From NCBI GenBank assembly GCA_049322215.1, contig JBMORU010000001.1, positions 516,023 to 580,022 of the forward strand: 64,000 nucleotides of DNA, written 5' to 3'. The stretch's first letter is position 1; every line of letters starts with the position of its first letter. The notes below the pieces were generated by a model, which ran no database searches, was not told the DNA's origin, and worked only from the letters and a program-made list of their open reading frames with translations. Shown here one piece after another: positions 50,497 to 60,874 of the stretch. The position numbers were made by a program, and so were the translations under genes. Origin of the DNA: Patescibacteria group bacterium. Lineage in GTDB: Bacteria > Patescibacteriota > WWE3 > UBA101185 > UBA10185.

Positions 50497-51954
50497 ATGA
50501 GTGAATTATATAAATGGCAAATTATTAGTTTTTTGTCTCGTATGGCCGCAATGGTCATTGGTATTGTCCAAACCTTTTTCATTATCAACATAATATCTAA
50601 AGCTGATTATGGTGTAGTCCAAATAGCCCTTGCAATTGGGGGTACTTATGGAATTTATCAACATTTAGGGTTGGCTTCAGGAAGCACTCGTGAAATAGCA
50701 AGCGCAAAAGATGATACTGAAGTTTTTAAAATATTCACTACCGCCACGGTTATAAGATATTTTGTTACAATACCCATAGCTATTTTCATTTATCTTAGAG
50801 CGCCTTATTGGGCGTTTGAAAGTTACAACGAGCCTCAACTTTTATTGCCACTTAGATTGTTTGCATTTGCGCTTTTATTTCAAGGAATGCAAAGTATGCT
50901 AAATTCAATAATATCTGGAACAAAACGCTTTAAACATTTGTTTTTGTACCAAGCTTTAATCTCATTCGTTAGTATTGGGCTTTATATTCCACTTGTTTAT
51001 ATATATGGACTAAACGGTTACTTTTATGCGTTTACAGCATTTAATATTATAGCTACACTTTCGCTTTCTGTAATTGCTTTAAAGCCATTAAGGGCAAGTA
51101 TTGAATTACCCTCGCGCGAAGACTTTAAGCGCTTACTAAAGCAGTTATTTTCTATTACTCTGGCAATTTATGCTGTTAAGGTTATATTAACTGTTTGGGA
51201 AAAAACGGGTCCTAGAGTTTTGCCTTTTGTGGTCTCAGCCGAATTAGTTGCAGTGTTTTCTGTAGCTTTGCTTTACGGAAAGAAATTAATGAATATTTCG
51301 GATTCAGTTACAGATGTAAATTTGCCGGTTTTTTCGGAAAAGTACGCTAGTAATTTGCAAGAGTTTAAGTCTGAATTTGTGTCTAACTTTAATAAACTAT
51401 TTGTTTTGACAATATTTACTGCGGTAGGTGCTGTATTTTGGTCACAAGAAGTGTTTCATATTGTTTTTCAAGAAGTTAACTACGACGAGGCTTTACCCTT
51501 GGTAGCACCTTTAGTTTTCACTTTCATTTTTTATTCCTTCGTTAATATTTTAAAATCAAGTATTTTAGTTCCGGCAAGGCTTGTATTTGAGTTAATAGCA
51601 GGGTTTGTAGCATTATTAGGCGTTACTTATGGGTTTTATTATTATTTTTTACACACAATAGGCCCCTTAAACGCTATGGCTTATGGAATGCTAGCCGGAG
51701 CGCTCGCAGGTTTTTTTGTAATATTAGTTGGTTCTCAGAATAAACTGTCTTTTTCATATTTTGGATTCTGGCATGCACTATTACTATTGTTTGGTGCTTT
51801 CTTTAGTTTTTACACTATTAGTACGGTATTTTTTACCAAGCTTTTAGTGTTTTTTGTGTTTTGTGCTTTGTATGTGTGCTTTGTGATTTATTCTAAGTTT
51901 GTTTCGTATTCTGATATTAAAAAGCTACTGTTATTACTTAATAAATTTAGGTAA
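50497..51954 (+). CDS. Wzx/MOP-family oligosaccharide flippase
   Basis: 12-14 TMs; DYG.......G...LGL....REIA pattern. Confidence 0.82.
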   Translation: MSELYKWQIISFLSRMAAMVIGIVQTFFIINIISKADYGVVQIALAIGGTYGIYQHLGLASGSTREIASAKDDTEVFKIFTTATVIRYFVTIPIAIFIYLRAPYWAFESYNEPQLLLPLRLFAFALLFQGMQSMLNSIISGTKRFKHLFLYQALISFVSIGLYIPLVYIYGLNGYFYAFTAFNIIATLSLSVIALKPLRASIELPSREDFKRLLKQLFSITLAIYAVKVILTVWEKTGPRVLPFVVSAELVAVFSVALLYGKKLMNISDSVTDVNLPVFSEKYASNLQEFKSEFVSNFNKLFVLTIFTAVGAVFWSQEVFHIVFQEVNYDEALPLVAPLVFTFIFYSFVNILKSSILVPARLVFELIAGFVALLGVTYGFYYYFLHTIGPLNAMAYGMLAGALAGFFVILVGSQNKLSFSYFGFWHALLLLFGAFFSFYTISTVFFTKLLVFFVFCALYVCFVIYSKFVSYSDIKKLLLLLNKFR

Positions 51955-52006
51955 TTACGGTTTTTCTTGTAAATTAGGTATAATTTACTGTGCCTGCAAT
52001 ATTTAT

Positions 52007-52936
52007 ATGAAAAAAACAATTATAAAAATATCAATAAGTGTAATTTTGTTTGGAATAGTTTTATTTAACATAGATAAAAATTCTTTAATAACAAATATTT
52101 CCAAAATGAATATTGCATATATTCCATTACTAATAGGATTTTTAGTAACAAATTATTTAGTAAGCTCCGTAAGGTGGAAAAAGCTATTAATTCATAAAGA
52201 TAGCCATAAAGTATCTGTAAAGTATTTAGCAAAATTATATTTTGAAGGTGCGTTTTTTAATAATTTCATGCCCACAAGCGTTGGGGGAGATGTATATAAA
52301 ATATACAAATTGGGGAAAAAGCTTGGAAGTACTGCTCACGCATTTAGTTCTACTTTTATGGAACGTTTTACCGGAGTTATTGCATTAGTACTTATTTCTT
52401 ACGTAGGCTTATTTACTGCACTAGGAACTTTTATTTCACTATTTCCAACAGATATAACATCTAATGAACTTTTATTAACTATTGTAAAAGTGCTATTGTT
52501 TGCGGGGTTTTGGGTAGCTGCCTTTGCAGGATTCATTGGTTTAAAAATAATTTCATTAAGAGTAAATAAAATTAAAAAAATTTATGATGCGTTAATGGAG
52601 TATCGAGGTAGGTATGCTGTACTAGGATGGGCATTTTTAACTTCTTTTATAGTACAGTTTTTAGCTGTTTTTACTCAATATTTTATTTTTAAAGCTTTAG
52701 GGGTTGATTTACCTTTAATGTATTCGTTATTTGTGTTTCCGGTAATAACTTTAGCAAGCTTTTTTATACCTTCATTAAATGGCTTAGGTGTACAAGATAC
52801 TTTATATATACAGCTTTTTACATTAATTGGAGTTAATAAAGAATTAGCGCTTAGTGCTTCAATCTTATATCATATCTTTAGGTTACTAGTAAGTTTGATA
52901 GGCGGTGTGATCTATGCTTTCAACAAAGAAAATTAA
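52007..52936 (+). CDS. UPF0104/MprF-TM-like flippase-domain protein
   Basis: S.RW..LL, FFNNFMPTSVGGD, ERF.G, P..NGLGV; ATG 52007 preferred. Confidence 0.87.
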   Translation: MKKTIIKISISVILFGIVLFNIDKNSLITNISKMNIAYIPLLIGFLVTNYLVSSVRWKKLLIHKDSHKVSVKYLAKLYFEGAFFNNFMPTSVGGDVYKIYKLGKKLGSTAHAFSSTFMERFTGVIALVLISYVGLFTALGTFISLFPTDITSNELLLTIVKVLLFAGFWVAAFAGFIGLKIISLRVNKIKKIYDALMEYRGRYAVLGWAFLTSFIVQFLAVFTQYFIFKALGVDLPLMYSLFVFPVITLASFFIPSLNGLGVQDTLYIQLFTLIGVNKELALSASILYHIFRLLVSLIGGVIYAFNKEN

Positions 52937-54506
52937 AGCCATTTTGTTTTGTGTATTTGTTTTATCTTTTTTTGGCTCTCATATTCCTTACCTTGGTCGT
53001 GATGTTATAAATCCCGATGCCGTTAACTGGCACAATCGCTCAGAGCAATTTGTTGTAGCTTTAAAAGGAAGAAACTTTGAAAACACTTACCAGCATTATC
53101 ATCCGGGTGTTACACAAATGTGGTTAACAGGGTCAGTAGTAGAAGCAGTGAAGCAACTGAATGGGTTTTCTACATATGATAAAGATAACTACCTTTTGTT
53201 GCATACTGTTGCTAAATACGCTAACGTTGTTGTTCAGTTTGCTTTAACCTTAACTTTGTTTTTTGTTTTAAAAGCATTATTTTCAAAAACAAACTCTAAA
53301 TACACTTTTGAAAAGGCAATCCTAATAGTTACGCTTCTATCTATAGAACCGTTTTTTCTTGGAAATGCAAGATTGATACATTTAGATATTTTTCTCACAC
53401 TTTTTGTGTTTATAGGACTAAGTTTTAGCTACTTGGCGATGCTTGAAAAGAAACTTTTATTTACGTTTTTATCAGGAGCATTTCTTTCGGCAGCTTTTTT
53501 GTCAAAAAGCATAGCTATAGGAGCTTTGCCTTTTGTATTAATTGTTTTCGGTTATTTAACTTATATAAAGCAAGGTAAAGGATATTTATTAAAATCCCTT
53601 GTGCTGTTTTTAGGCACTTATATGGCAACAGCATTTTTATTCTTTCCAGCATTGTGGGTTTCTCCTGCAAAAGTTTTGATAGATATTTTTTCAGAAGGGG
53701 AACGCATTGGCGTTAGAAACGGACATACACAAATAGTTATGGGTGAATCTTCGGAGGATCCGGGTATATTCTTTTATCCGCTTATACTGTTAATGAAGAC
53801 TTCTCCTTTTGTTTTATTTGGAGTTCTAACATTTATATTTACGGCTCTAAAAAATGTAAAAAAAATACACAGGCCATTAACTCAATACTTAAATAGTACT
53901 TATGGGTATCTTTTTTACTTGGGAATATTTTATTTAGGTTATTTTAGTGTTATGACTTTTCCAACAAAAAAACTAGATCGTTATATGCTTCCGGTATTTC
54001 CTTATTTGGTTTTGTGTTCTGTATTAGGCTATTTTCTTTTTTCTTCCATTTATAGGCATGTAGTAGCTAAGTTACTAATTGTCCTTTTATTATTGGTTTT
54101 TATACTTTGCCCGTTGTTTAGGTTATACCCCTGGTATTTTACTTATACTAGCCCTTTATTTGGATCCGCCCAAAACGCAAACAGTATAGTTGCACAAAAG
54201 CCTTTTGGAGTAGGTATTCCTGATTTAAAGGAATATATTTTTAACACATATAACGAAGAGTATCCTAACATTGGGTTTATTGACACAAAACCCATGCGTG
54301 CAATTTATAAAAATTCTTCAATTTATGACATTAGGGTATCAGGAACCAGTGATTATGATATTTTAGTACTAGCTATAAACGAGGAAATGCCTGAAAAAGT
54401 AATTGAAAGTGACAATAATTTTATTTATGACCGGTCTTTATTTATTAATGGTTTAGAGTTTTGGAAAATTTATGTTAAAGAAACCTCGAGATTTTATAAA
54501 AACTAA
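52914..54506 (+). CDS. GT-C (ArnT/PMT-like) glycosyltransferase
   Basis: NPD...W, YHPGV, EPF....RLIHLD, LSK, KKLDRY.LP. Confidence 0.82.
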   Translation: MLSTKKIKAILFCVFVLSFFGSHIPYLGRDVINPDAVNWHNRSEQFVVALKGRNFENTYQHYHPGVTQMWLTGSVVEAVKQLNGFSTYDKDNYLLLHTVAKYANVVVQFALTLTLFFVLKALFSKTNSKYTFEKAILIVTLLSIEPFFLGNARLIHLDIFLTLFVFIGLSFSYLAMLEKKLLFTFLSGAFLSAAFLSKSIAIGALPFVLIVFGYLTYIKQGKGYLLKSLVLFLGTYMATAFLFFPALWVSPAKVLIDIFSEGERIGVRNGHTQIVMGESSEDPGIFFYPLILLMKTSPFVLFGVLTFIFTALKNVKKIHRPLTQYLNSTYGYLFYLGIFYLGYFSVMTFPTKKLDRYMLPVFPYLVLCSVLGYFLFSSIYRHVVAKLLIVLLLLVFILCPLFRLYPWYFTYTSPLFGSAQNANSIVAQKPFGVGIPDLKEYIFNTYNEEYPNIGFIDTKPMRAIYKNSSIYDIRVSGTSDYDILVLAINEEMPEKVIESDNNFIYDRSLFINGLEFWKIYVKETSRFYKN

Positions 54507-56028
54507 AGAAGCCAGGTACTTTTGGTTACTACTTTTTGGTGCTTTTTTAATACGTGTAATTGGTATTGGCCATGGATATCCGTTTGTATTTCATCCTGAT
54601 GAACCTTCTGTAATTCGTTCTGCATTAGGTTTAATGTTTGAACCTAATCCAAAGCACTTTGATTGGCCGCATTTTCACTTTTATTTAAACTATCATTTAT
54701 TTTGGAATTTCACGAAATTTCGTCGTATATTTACAACTAGCACAGGTGTTTTTTCTATTTTATGGAAAGAACCAATAATTTTTTATCTAGTTTCACGTGC
54801 TTTTAACTCGTTACTTGGCGCTCTAACCTTAATTCCTGTGTATCTTACAGGCAGGTCTTTATTCAACAAAAACGTTGGATTGATAGCTGCCGCGCTTTTG
54901 ACTATACTGCCGTTTCATGTGCATGCCTCTCGACTTGCTTTAATAGATGTTCCTATGACTTTTTGGTTATCTATTGGCGTATTTTTTTCTGCCAAAATAC
55001 TCACCAACCCTAACTATAGATACTATATATTTTCTGGATTCTTTATTGGATTAGCAGCTTCTACCAAGTATAACGGTGGGTTAGTTGCTTTGGCAGTCCC
55101 AACAGCTCATATACTTAGAACCATGTACTCAAAAGACGAAAAAGTTGCAAGTGTTCGTGGTGCACTATCTCTTGTTTTTTCAGGTATTTTTGCAGCTTTT
55201 GGATTTATATTAGGCACACCCTATGCGCTTCTTGATTTTAAAACGTTTTCTCGAACAGATAGCCCAAAGGGGGCACTTTGGCAATTTACTAATGTTGGTA
55301 GTGTTTCGGGAGCGGATCAATTTCATCAGTTTTTAAATGTTATAACATTTAAGTTATCCGATGATTTTGGGTTTACTATATTAGTTGCTTATTTTATGTG
55401 TGCGCTAGTTTTTATACTCGCCGCTGTTTTTTATAAAAGCGGAAGATTTACTAATTTAAATATTTTAAAAGAGAAATCAATTGAAGTTTGGTTTTTACTT
55501 ATACCATCATTGTTTATGTTTTATTACATTTCCGGGTTTGCTAAACCTCGTTCTCACTACTTTATGATGGTGTATCCGTTTGTCGTTTTATTAGCAGGCG
55601 CATTTTTACTTGAATTTTTAAAAATTTTTTCCAAATACAAAAGTGTACTTTTAATAGCTTTTTTTGTGCTCCCACTTTATATGACTAGCTTAATTACTGT
55701 GCGTGCTTTACGCGCAGACACTCGAGTTTTGCTTTACAAGTGGTTGGAGAATAATTTAACGAATGAAGATTTAATTTATTATTCCAACAAAGAAACAAAA
55801 ACTGTACTAGAACCTTTTAGTAATAAATCCAACAGTATTAAAGAAGTAAATACTCCGACCCAACATGATGTAATGATATTCACATTTTCCGATCATGAGT
55901 ACAGTAATTTTCTACATGGAAACAGTGACTATGATTTTGTGAATAAAACCGCGTCCTTAAAAGAAGAAATAAAGCCTTATTATAGAAACGGACCAAACAT
56001 ACTAATATATAGAGGCACCATAAAATGA
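54472..56028 (+). CDS. GT-C (ArnT/PMT-like) glycosyltransferase
   Basis: HPDE acidic motif after TM1, F.WP, SR....D, GLAASTKY. Confidence 0.85.
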   Translation: MLKKPRDFIKTKEARYFWLLLFGAFLIRVIGIGHGYPFVFHPDEPSVIRSALGLMFEPNPKHFDWPHFHFYLNYHLFWNFTKFRRIFTTSTGVFSILWKEPIIFYLVSRAFNSLLGALTLIPVYLTGRSLFNKNVGLIAAALLTILPFHVHASRLALIDVPMTFWLSIGVFFSAKILTNPNYRYYIFSGFFIGLAASTKYNGGLVALAVPTAHILRTMYSKDEKVASVRGALSLVFSGIFAAFGFILGTPYALLDFKTFSRTDSPKGALWQFTNVGSVSGADQFHQFLNVITFKLSDDFGFTILVAYFMCALVFILAAVFYKSGRFTNLNILKEKSIEVWFLLIPSLFMFYYISGFAKPRSHYFMMVYPFVVLLAGAFLLEFLKIFSKYKSVLLIAFFVLPLYMTSLITVRALRADTRVLLYKWLENNLTNEDLIYYSNKETKTVLEPFSNKSNSIKEVNTPTQHDVMIFTFSDHEYSNFLHGNSDYDFVNKTASLKEEIKPYYRNGPNILIYRGTIK

Positions 56029-57641
56029 AAAAAATAGCCAGTTACTATAAAAAGTACAAATACCTATTGTGTGTTCCATTTTTATTTATTCTCTTAAGAG
56101 CACCTACTCTTGGTTATGATATGTTCAACACCGATGTTTTCAAGTGGAAGGCTAGAATATTTGATTTCGGTAGTGGCATATTTTATCTAGATTTCGCAAA
56201 AACAATACAAAAATATCATCCTGGGGTATCACTAATGTGGCCTGGGGCTTTAGCTGTAAAGTTTTTTAATCTTAAGTATGACTTATTTAATGGTTTCCCT
56301 CCGCCTGACAATGACATAAACGTTGTTTTCGAACTACACGCTGTTCAAAAGTTTGCTGTTGTTTTTGTAATAGCAGTAACTTTAACATTCATTTTTTATG
56401 CTTTGGAAAAAACTATTGGTAGAAAATATGCAATATTAGCAACTTTCTTGATAGCAGTTGAGCCTTTTTATGTAGCATTAACACGTGTGATACACCTTGA
56501 AGGTATGATGACTACTTACATGCTTGCATCATTTAGTTGGTATTATTACTTTTTACAAGACAAAACACAGCGCAAGCGCTTACTGTTTTCAGGGGTATTT
56601 GGGTCATTAGCTGTTTTAACTAAAACTACCGCACTGTTTATGTTACCATTTGTCTTTTTGATTTCGTTTTTAAGTAGTTACTTAAAAACACATCAGTCAA
56701 TAAATTCTTTAAAATTTAGCTTCAAACATGGATTGCTCTGGCTAGCAATAGCTTTTTTTGGATTTGTACTATTATGGCCTGGTGTTTGGGTTGCACCTAC
56801 TGAAGTTTTTAGTGCGTTAACGCGTGGTGTAGATACAATAGGAATCGAAGGCGGTCATGGTCAGTTATTTTTAGGAAATTGGATAGAAAGCGACCCGGGT
56901 GTGATTTTTTATCCTGTAGTTTTATGGCTACGAAGTTCACTTTATCTGCTAATAGGTTTAGTTGGCTTTCTATTTATTGCAAAAAATCTTAACAAAAAAG
57001 AAAAAGAATTTGCGCTATTTGTATTTTTATTCGCAGTTTTTTATACTATTGAGCTTTCAATCCCGTCGAAGAAATTAGATAGGTATTTACTTCCATCTAT
57101 AGTTTCTCTGTTACTATTGTCTACTTTTTTTTATAAATATTTATGGGAAAAGTTAAAAGATGCTAAGAATTTAAGACTTCTATTATTTATACCCGCACTT
57201 ATTCATTTAGTTTATTTACATCCTAACTATTTTGCTTACTACAACCCTTTGGCAGGTGGTTTATCTAAAGGGATATTCATGCTTGAACCAAAATGGACAT
57301 TTGGGCAACAGGAGTTAATGCAATATTTAAATGAGCTTGTGGTATCTGAAAATCTTGAATTATTTAGCAAAGGAGAATCTTTTCATAACTCAGATAGTTT
57401 AGATAACAAGCTTACTGTTGCTTTTCCTGAGAAGTACTATACACAGCTTGAACCATTCATTAAGCTAATAGGTGGTTGGGCAGTAATTGAAAGTTTAACT
57501 GCAGAGGCAATGGAAACAAACTTTTTTATTTATCCTGTGTGGGATGACTACTCAGCAAACGAAACAAGATTTGATCTTGAAAAAATTGGCACCGTAAAAG
57601 TTCACGGTGTAGATATATACAATGTATACAGGAGATACTAA
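56025..57641 (+). CDS. GT-C (ArnT/PMT-like) glycosyltransferase, paralog of 52914-54506
   Basis: NTD...W, YHPGV, EPF....RVIHLE, LTK, KKLDRY.LP. Confidence 0.82.
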   Translation: MKKIASYYKKYKYLLCVPFLFILLRAPTLGYDMFNTDVFKWKARIFDFGSGIFYLDFAKTIQKYHPGVSLMWPGALAVKFFNLKYDLFNGFPPPDNDINVVFELHAVQKFAVVFVIAVTLTFIFYALEKTIGRKYAILATFLIAVEPFYVALTRVIHLEGMMTTYMLASFSWYYYFLQDKTQRKRLLFSGVFGSLAVLTKTTALFMLPFVFLISFLSSYLKTHQSINSLKFSFKHGLLWLAIAFFGFVLLWPGVWVAPTEVFSALTRGVDTIGIEGGHGQLFLGNWIESDPGVIFYPVVLWLRSSLYLLIGLVGFLFIAKNLNKKEKEFALFVFLFAVFYTIELSIPSKKLDRYLLPSIVSLLLLSTFFYKYLWEKLKDAKNLRLLLFIPALIHLVYLHPNYFAYYNPLAGGLSKGIFMLEPKWTFGQQELMQYLNELVVSENLELFSKGESFHNSDSLDNKLTVAFPEKYYTQLEPFIKLIGGWAVIESLTAEAMETNFFIYPVWDDYSANETRFDLEKIGTVKVHGVDIYNVYRRY

Positions 57642-57644
57642 TTA

Positions 57645-58931
57645 GTGCCTAACGAAATAGTTGCTAAAGCAAAAAACATACTTTTTTCTGGAACAATAAT
57701 AGTTACTATTGGGTTGTTTGTTACCAACATTTTAAGCTATTTACTCCAGCTTTTTTTAGGTAGATATTTAAGCCTGACTGATTATGGCGTTTTTACCGCA
57801 CTTTTATCACTTTTTTCAATTTTAGGTATAGCTACAACAGCTTTAACTACTTCATTAATAAAACTAACTTCTGAGTTAAAAGCAAATGAAGATTACGAAA
57901 AGCTAACAAACCTTTTTTGGCAGTTTGTAAAAATATCAATTCTTGTAGTTTTTGTATTTGTCACGGTGCTTTACTTTGCACGTGACTTTTTAGGTTCTTA
58001 CTTAAATATAGAAGATCACTATATTTTTCCTGTGTTTGGTATGTACATTGGTCTTACTTTTTTAAATGCAGTGCCTTCTTCGTATCTGCAAGGTTTATTA
58101 CGTTTTAAAGCGTTTGCTTTTTTTAGTGTTTTAAGTAGCTCGCTGCGTTTAGTAATTTCAACACTTTTTGTAATTTTTGGTCTTTCTGTGGCCGGTGTTT
58201 TTTATGGAATGAGCATTGCTGTAGTTTTATCCTTTTTCGTTTCACTATTTTTGTTAAGTAAAAACTTTATAAAATACAATAACAATAACCTTAAGCCCTT
58301 TTACAAAAAAGTTTTGGTTTTTAGTACCCCTGTGTTATTTGTGAATGTTGGTATGATGATACTAAATAACATTGATGTAATTTTAGTAAAGCATTTTTTC
58401 GATTCAGAAACTGCAGGTTTGTATTCTGGTGTTGTTACAATGGGTAAAATTTTGCTTTTTGGTGCTGGGACTATAGGTATTGTTATGTTTCCTCAAATTT
58501 CCGAACTTTACACTAAAGGAGTTCCTTATTTAGCTAAATTTAAAGAATTTTTTTTGATACAACTTGTTCTAATATTAGGCGGTTTGGCTTTTTTTACCCT
58601 TTTTCCTGAGTTAATAACCAAAATCATGTTTGGGCATAAATTTTTGGAATCGGTCTCGTTAATTCCAAAGTACACTTTATTTGTAGGAATTTATGTTTTG
58701 ATAAACTTTATGATTCTGTTTTTTTTAGCTATAAACAAAACACGCGTGTTTTTACTTCAGGTTCCTATAGTGATTTTTCAATATGCATTTATTAATTTAA
58801 AGCATTCAACATTAGAAGAAATAATAAATATCAATATTTTTGTGTCAGCACTTCTTTTACTATTAGTTTTGTTGTACTTTTATTTTGTGCTTAAAGAAGA
58901 AAAACCTTCACACACTATTGTTGTAGACTAA
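57645..58931 (+). CDS. Wzx-like oligosaccharide flippase
   Basis: R.LS..DYG.F..LLS, LQG..RF, D.ILVKHFF....AG.Y. Confidence 0.87.
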   Translation: MPNEIVAKAKNILFSGTIIVTIGLFVTNILSYLLQLFLGRYLSLTDYGVFTALLSLFSILGIATTALTTSLIKLTSELKANEDYEKLTNLFWQFVKISILVVFVFVTVLYFARDFLGSYLNIEDHYIFPVFGMYIGLTFLNAVPSSYLQGLLRFKAFAFFSVLSSSLRLVISTLFVIFGLSVAGVFYGMSIAVVLSFFVSLFLLSKNFIKYNNNNLKPFYKKVLVFSTPVLFVNVGMMILNNIDVILVKHFFDSETAGLYSGVVTMGKILLFGAGTIGIVMFPQISELYTKGVPYLAKFKEFFLIQLVLILGGLAFFTLFPELITKIMFGHKFLESVSLIPKYTLFVGIYVLINFMILFFLAINKTRVFLLQVPIVIFQYAFINLKHSTLEEIININIFVSALLLLLVLLYFYFVLKEEKPSHTIVVD

Positions 58932-58972
58932 AAAGTGTTTTTTTAGATTAATCATGTGGTATATTTGTCCTA

Positions 58973-60874
58973 ATGTTAGTTTCCGTCATTGTTCCAGCCT
59001 ATAAAAAGGAAGAATCCATCATAGAAGATATTACAAATATCTTCAATGCAATGTCAGAAACTCGCTATGATTTTGAACTTATAGTTGTAGAAGATGGCTA
59101 CTTAGATAACACGCATGAAGTATTCTCAACTTACTTAAAAGAAAATTCAAATATTTCGTCAAAAGTAAACTTCATAGGTTATAAGAGAAACAGGGGAAAA
59201 GGTTATGCCCTTCGCTATGGTATGGCGCGGGCACGTGGTGATTATGTGGCTTTTATAGACTCAGGTATGGAGATAAATCCAAATGGGATATCGTTAATGC
59301 TTGAACACATGATTTGGTACGATGCCCATATTATTGTTGGTAGTAAAAGGCATCCTGCATCACGAACTAACATGCAACTAATGCGAAAAATATACAGTTG
59401 GGGATATTACTGGTTTGTTAAGTTGTTATTTGGTTTGCATGTGTCTGACACTCAAACCGGATTAAAAGTTTTTAGAAAAGATGTATTGCAAGATGTTTTA
59501 CCACGCTTATTGGTAAAAGAATTTGCAATAGATATAGAAATACTGGCAGTAGCTAATTACTTAGGGTACACCCGAATATACGATGCGCCAGTTGAAATTG
59601 ATTTAAAGTTTACTCAAGATTCAAAATTTTCTGCAAAAAAACCGTTATTTTTAGATAAATTTGTGCGCATGATGGTTAGGGATACTTTAGCCGTGTTTTA
59701 CAGAATGCACATTTTAGAATATTATTCGGACAAAAGTCATAGAAAATGGACGTATGACGAAGAGTTAAGGATGCGAGTAAACACAGGAGAAATGTTTTCT
59801 GAAGGAGAGTTTATTGGGATGCTCTCTGACTTAGGACAAGAAATACCCAAGGAAACAGCATTTCCAAAGTTTAGTATTATAATTCCGGTTCGTTCGGTTA
59901 ACGATTACTTAAAAGAAAATATTAAGCACTTAAAAAAGCTTGATTATGATAATTTTGAAGTTCTTATAATTTTAGATGATCAGCCAACATATAAAGTTAA
60001 AGATTCAAGATTTAGGTACATTGCGGTAGGTCCTTTAAGCCCAGGTGAAAAACGAAATTTAGGTGCAAGAAATGCCACAGGAGAAATATTAGCCTTTTTA
60101 GACGATGATGCTTATCCTAATACTAATTGGCTTAGTGAAGCTGCAAAAGTATTTAGAGATCCCGAAATATATGCCTTAGGTGCTCCTGCCATTACACCAA
60201 AAAATGCTGAATTTTTAGAAAAATGCTCGGGTAGGGTGTTGGAGTCGTTTTTAACTAGTGGAGATACAATTCACCGCCATGTTCCTCAGTCACGTAGACT
60301 TGTAAACGATTATCCAACTGTTAACTTTTTTGTTAGAAAACACGATTTTTTTGGCGTTGGTGGTTTTACAAAAGATTTTTGGCCAGGAGAAGACACCAAG
60401 CTGTGTTTAGATTTAATTAAAGAAAAACAGCGCGATTTTGTATATGATCCAAACCCTATTGTTTACCATCATAGAAGAAAGCTATTCGTACCACATTTAA
60501 AGCAGGTTTCTCGTTATGGTAGACATAGAGGACAGTTTGCTAAAGTGTTTCCCGAAAACTCACGTGTGCTTTCATACTTTGTACCCTCTTTATTTTTATT
60601 AGGTGTAATTTTTGGTCCGATAATATCTTTAATTTACCCACCTTTATTTTTGTTTTATACCTTTGTAATTTTGTGTTATTTAGGCTTAATTGTTTACGAA
60701 TCTACTCGGGTAATTTTGCATGACAAAAACTTATTAGCAGGTTTTTACGTGGCATTAGGCATTATGGCCACTCATTTTATTTACGGTTTAAACTTTATTG
60801 TTGGACTAGTAAAAAGGCCTACGTTACAATTGAGAAGCTTCGATTCAAGCACTGGAAATTATTTAGGAGGATAA
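58973..60874 (+). CDS. tandem GT2-GT2 glycosyltransferase with C-terminal TMs
   Basis: Domain 1: N.GKG.A, DTQTGLK. Domain 2: SIIIP, KRN.G...A.GEI.AFLDDD, GED. Three C-terminal TMs. Confidence 0.9.
   Translation: MLVSVIVPAYKKEESIIEDITNIFNAMSETRYDFELIVVEDGYLDNTHEVFSTYLKENSNISSKVNFIGYKRNRGKGYALRYGMARARGDYVAFIDSGMEINPNGISLMLEHMIWYDAHIIVGSKRHPASRTNMQLMRKIYSWGYYWFVKLLFGLHVSDTQTGLKVFRKDVLQDVLPRLLVKEFAIDIEILAVANYLGYTRIYDAPVEIDLKFTQDSKFSAKKPLFLDKFVRMMVRDTLAVFYRMHILEYYSDKSHRKWTYDEELRMRVNTGEMFSEGEFIGMLSDLGQEIPKETAFPKFSIIIPVRSVNDYLKENIKHLKKLDYDNFEVLIILDDQPTYKVKDSRFRYIAVGPLSPGEKRNLGARNATGEILAFLDDDAYPNTNWLSEAAKVFRDPEIYALGAPAITPKNAEFLEKCSGRVLESFLTSGDTIHRHVPQSRRLVNDYPTVNFFVRKHDFFGVGGFTKDFWPGEDTKLCLDLIKEKQRDFVYDPNPIVYHHRRKLFVPHLKQVSRYGRHRGQFAKVFPENSRVLSYFVPSLFLLGVIFGPIISLIYPPLFLFYTFVILCYLGLIVYESTRVILHDKNLLAGFYVALGIMATHFIYGLNFIVGLVKRPTLQLRSFDSSTGNYLGG

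Noticed and set aside
41092-52006. Extended N-termini in the ORF track (41092, 43679, 46000, 51899; also 9390, 13762)
   Set aside because: The extensions overlap upstream genes or promoter boxes; downstream ATGs match family N-termini.
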